A program made the translations under genes and the position numbers. A DNA stretch of 64,000 nt from Candidatus Bathyarchaeota archaeon (GTDB lineage: Archaea > Thermoproteota > Bathyarchaeia > Bathyarchaeales > Bathycorpusculaceae). Where the stretch lies: assembly GCA_963818655.1 (NCBI GenBank), contig CAWFTD010000019.1, positions 109,332 through 173,331 of the forward strand, in the 5' to 3' direction. Of this stretch, positions 60,521 to 64,000 are shown one piece after another; the stretch's first letter is position 1, and every line of letters starts with the position of its first letter. A model generated the notes under the pieces. The model was not told the origin of the DNA. It saw only the letters and a list, made by a program, of their open reading frames with translations, and searched no databases.

Positions 60521-60978
60521 ATGCTCAAAGGTTTACTCAAAATGTCAATGCTCAAAATAATCTCCGAAAACAAAACCACAGGCTACGAAATAATAAAAAA
60601 AGTCACCGATCTAACAGGCGAGAAACCAAGCACAGGCTCCATCTACCCGCTGCTGAAATCCATGGAAACCAAAGGCTGGATAACAGGAACAACACGCAAA
60701 CGGCAAAACCACCTACGAAATCACCACCTCCGGCAAAGCAGTTGTGCAGGCAGCATGGTTCAATGAAAAGTTATTACGAACAAAAACTCAGCGGAACCAT
60801 TTCTCTAGCACACGGAACTTTCAACGACCTGCACGTGGCATTAATTGATAACTCAACTCTTGTCAACCCCGTCGTTAACGAAGTCTCAAGCCTTCTAGCC
60901 CATGGAGTAGCGCCAGAAAGAATCAACACAGTCCTATCCAAGACACTAGACGCTCTCCAAAAACTCATGGAGGACTAA
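60521..60978 (+). CDS. PadR family transcriptional regulator (frameshifted)
   Basis: TGYEIIK and PSTGSIYPLLKSME.KGWI motifs; continues in ORF 60742-60978. Confidence 0.85.
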
Positions 60979-60980
60979 AC

Positions 60981-61953
60981 ATGGAAGAAACCGTTTTATC
61001 TGTTCAGGGGCTTAGCCACAGTTACGGAAAACTACGCGCCGTCGACAACATAAGCTTTGACATCCAGAAAGGCCAAATTTTCTCATTTCTGGGTCCAAAC
61101 GGCGCAGGAAAAACAACCACCATAAATCTGCTAATAACACTAATGCCGATTCAACAGCGGCAAAGTAACCATCGCTGGATATGACGTAGCTGCCCAGAAA
61201 GACAGCGTTCGCCGATCCATAGGCGTCGTGTTCCAAGACCAAAGACTCGACAGAGACCTTACGGTTTGGGAAACGCTGGATTTTCACGGCAGAATTTATT
61301 CGATTCCTAAAGAGATCCGAAGACAGCGCATTGACGAACTTTTACGGTTGGTAGAATTAACTGACAAGAAAGCAGAGTTTACTAAAAACTTGAGCGGCGG
61401 CATGAAACGTCGACTTGAAATTGCCCGAGGCCTTTTAGTGCAGCCAAAGTGCTTTTCCTTGACGAACCCACCATCGGCTTAGACACACAAACTCGCAAAC
61501 GCATCTGGTCCTACATAAAAAAGGTACGCGAACAAGGCGTAACCGTGCTTTTAACAACCCATTACATGGATGAAGCAGACCAAAACAGTGACGTAGTTTG
61601 CATTATTGATAAGGGGAAAATTATTGCCAACGGAACCCCCGAGCAGCTGAAGCAATCGCTTAGGAAAGGATTGCATTCAAGTGCAAACCGACAACGACCA
61701 CAAAGCATACCAGTTAATCGAGAGCCTGCCTGAAGTCAGCAAAGTTGGCGGCTCAATAAACGGGCTAACGGTTTACGTTAAAGAAAACGCTAACATTATC
61801 ACCAAACTGATGGATGTCTTGCGGCTTGAGGGCGTTCAGATTGTTAGTATTAGCTTGGTTAAGCCGACTTTGGATGATGTTTTTATTCATTACACGGGAC
61901 GCGGTTTTGGCGAGGTAAGCCAAGAAAACAACAGCAGTGGACATGGTCACTAG
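60981..61953 (+). CDS. ABC exporter ATP-binding protein (DrrA-like), several frameshifts
   Basis: GPNGAGKTT, LSGGMKRRLEIA, LDEPT, TTHYMDEA and PTLDDVF across four ORFs. Confidence 0.9.
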
Positions 61954-61959
61954 GGAGGC

Positions 61960-62802
61960 ATGATTATGGAAAAGGGATTTATTGCAATCTATTGGCGTGA
62001 CATGATAAAATTCTTCCGTTCCAAGGCGTTGTTGTTTGCTACGTTGATTCAGCCGGTTTTGTGGCTGGTGCTTTACGGCGTCTCCATGACCAGCAACATC
62101 AACATTTTCTTTGCCAGCGGCCAGAACCCAGCGGGCGCTGTTTCGGTGAGTTATATGACGTTTATGGGTGCGGGTGTTGTGGGCATGACGATTCTCTTCA
62201 CTTGCCTGTATGCGGGGCAGAATATCCAGTTTGACAAGCAGTATGGGTTGATGAAGGAGATTGTGGTTTCGCCTATGCCGCGGTCGCAGATACTTTTAGG
62301 TGTCACTTTAGGCGGAATCACCAAAGCGCTGATTCAAACCGCGATTGTTATCCTGTTTGGGTACGTGTTGGGGATTCAGTTCTTTTTGGGTTTAACTGCA
62401 GTGGGCACTTTGGTTGCGATTGGTGGGTTTTTGCTGTTTGCTGCATTGTTCTCCATGAGCCTAATGTTTCTTTCCAGCGCCATAGCCATGAAAGTCAAAG
62501 ATCACAACGTTAGCCAAGCCATAATCACGCTTCTTACATTGCCACTATTTTTTGCAAGCAACGCGCTTTATCCCTTGGATTCCTTGCCGACAGTTTTGAA
62601 GGTTGCAGCGTATCTCAATCCCTTAACACATTTTATTAACGGGATGCGTTGTTTTGGGATAGGTTCAGATTTCTATTCGTTCGGAATTCACTACGTTACT
62701 CCGCTTAATCAGATTCTATTATCATTGGGTTTTCTTGCCGGTTTCTGCTTGATTATGTTCTTGGTGGCACTGAGGTCATTTAATACAACGATAGAATTCT
62801 GA
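61960..62802 (+). CDS. ABC-2 type exporter permease (DrrB-like)
   Basis: QPVLW, D...G.MKEI.VSP, FASNALYP and NPLT motifs; about 6 TM segments. Confidence 0.92.
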   Translation: MIMEKGFIAIYWRDMIKFFRSKALLFATLIQPVLWLVLYGVSMTSNINIFFASGQNPAGAVSVSYMTFMGAGVVGMTILFTCLYAGQNIQFDKQYGLMKEIVVSPMPRSQILLGVTLGGITKALIQTAIVILFGYVLGIQFFLGLTAVGTLVAIGGFLLFAALFSMSLMFLSSAIAMKVKDHNVSQAIITLLTLPLFFASNALYPLDSLPTVLKVAAYLNPLTHFINGMRCFGIGSDFYSFGIHYVTPLNQILLSLGFLAGFCLIMFLVALRSFNTTIEF

Positions 62803-62897
62803 TGTTTTGGCATTATTTGTTTATGGCTGATGTATTGGTGCCCTCTTTATGCTTTATTTGGCGCTTTGAAATTAAAAAATAGGTGTTTCCTGACTGT

Positions 62898-63227
62898 CTA
62901 CCGCTTAGGGTTAGCAACAATCCATTTTACGTTATCAAATCCATATTTTGCCAGCAGCGGCGCTAAAAAATTTGGCAGAACCTCATCCGCTACCTCGCCC
63001 AAAACCACGGTGTCGCCTTCCTGATAGACCAGCGCTACACAGGAGACATCTTTTTGGTGTTCGTATTTAGATAGGATTTGCCAGTATTCTTCAATGCCTT
63101 TGCCTTTCTCGATGAACCAGACGCATTTGCCATTGGACGTTTCTTCTTCAAATGTGTTGAATGCGCAGACGACTTCAGCTACAGTGTTTGGGGTTTGGGT
63201 TGTTTTGACGCAGAACCAGATTGTCAT
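62898..63227 (-). CDS. hypothetical protein
   Basis: 109-aa ORF with globular composition; start placed at ATG 63227. Confidence 0.6.
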   Translation of the reverse strand: MTIWFCVKTTQTPNTVAEVVCAFNTFEEETSNGKCVWFIEKGKGIEEYWQILSKYEHQKDVSCVALVYQEGDTVVLGEVADEVLPNFLAPLLAKYGFDNVKWIVANPKR

Positions 63228-63468
63228 GTAATCCCTACCGCAAATAAAGTTGGCCTGCTTATTTGTTTTCCTATCAAACATTTTTCGGTTTGGATGAGCG
63301 CATTTTTTGCGGGAAAAGCCTGCTTTTCAGCGCTATTTACCCAAATCTCGGTTAACAGTTGCCCTTTTTTGCCTTTGAGCAACATCTCTTGCAAGTTTGC
63401 TAGGTGGGTTCGAGTGTTTGACAGCTTACACTCTTAATTTTTGGAACCGCAACTAGCCTGGGATTTCT

Positions 63469-64000
63469 TTAAGTGAGTGAGCTTGCGACTTGCGTCGCAT
63501 TTTCTTTAATTTTCTGCAATTCTATAGCTGTTGGTTTTCCTCTGATATCGCCCATTCTGCCTTGTGTGCTGTTTTCCACTGAGCCATGGAATTCGCTCAA
63601 GATGTACCATTCTTCGATAATTGTAAAGCCTATGTGCTCGAAGTATTGGCCTATATCTTTGCCGACGGGAGTTGCTTCATCAATGCCTGTGTGAGGTCCA
63701 GAGTAGGTGACGAAAATCAATGCGTTTTTGCTTGGAACTTTTGGAGCTGATGGTTTGATTTTGCCCTGTTGGCGATAAGTAGCGAACTTTTTCTTTAGGA
63801 AATTAGTCATCTGTTCAGGAGGGTGCCAGGAGTGGGAAGGAGCTCCAACGCAGACTAGGTCGAAGTCGAAATAGTCGCTGTCTTCAGCTTCCTCAGTTTT
63901 CTTCATAGTGACATGTACGCCTGTCTCTTCTAGACCTTGCTTGATGGCGTAGGCTACTTTCTCGGTGTTTCCCGTTTTTGACCAGTAGATCAATAGGGCT
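63469..64000 (-). CDS. flavodoxin-domain protein (5' end beyond the window)
   Basis: YWSKTGNTEKVA FMN loop, VGAPS and FVTYSG motifs. Confidence 0.9.
   Translation of the reverse strand, partial: ALLIYWSKTGNTEKVAYAIKQGLEETGVHVTMKKTEEAEDSDYFDFDLVCVGAPSHSWHPPEQMTNFLKKKFATYRQQGKIKPSAPKVPSKNALIFVTYSGPHTGIDEATPVGKDIGQYFEHIGFTIIEEWYILSEFHGSVENSTQGRMGDIRGKPTAIELQKIKENATQVASSLT

Overview
Archaeal chromosomal segment. Gene content and order (r-protein operons, aIF2-gamma, Rpo7/Spt4/Rpo12, PCNA, PriL, GINS-MCM, RFC, Fae-Hps, CofE, CooC) are most consistent with a TACK archaeon such as Bathyarchaeia; that placement is inference. The first ~40 kb is mostly core information-processing, tRNA-modification and glycan genes. 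The last ~24 kb holds cysK-cysE, tRNA-Leu(GAG), argS, two convergent deoxyhypusine-synthase paralogs, an RLAN/RimK ATP-grasp plus GCS2 ligase cluster, a FrhB-like/MetF-like/CofE/CooC C1 cluster and a radical SAM-PadR-ABC exporter module. Many genes, including housekeeping ones such as guaA, dys, rfcL and taw1, carry single-base frameshifts, most likely sequencing or assembly indels. I also found features absent from the ORF track: nop10, rpoP, tRNA-Leu, a decayed endonuclease V gene, an IS1182-like remnant and an 18-codon scar where aIF2-alpha normally lies. Best leads: Fae-Hps with a fused N-terminal Fis-like HTH; the DHS-pair/ATP-grasp/GCS2 amide-ligation locus; the MetF-like plus FrhB-like plus CofE unit; the missing aIF2-alpha; and a catalytically degenerate UDP-sugar dehydrogenase. 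No CRISPR array, rRNA or intein was seen. All family calls come from motif recognition, not database searches.
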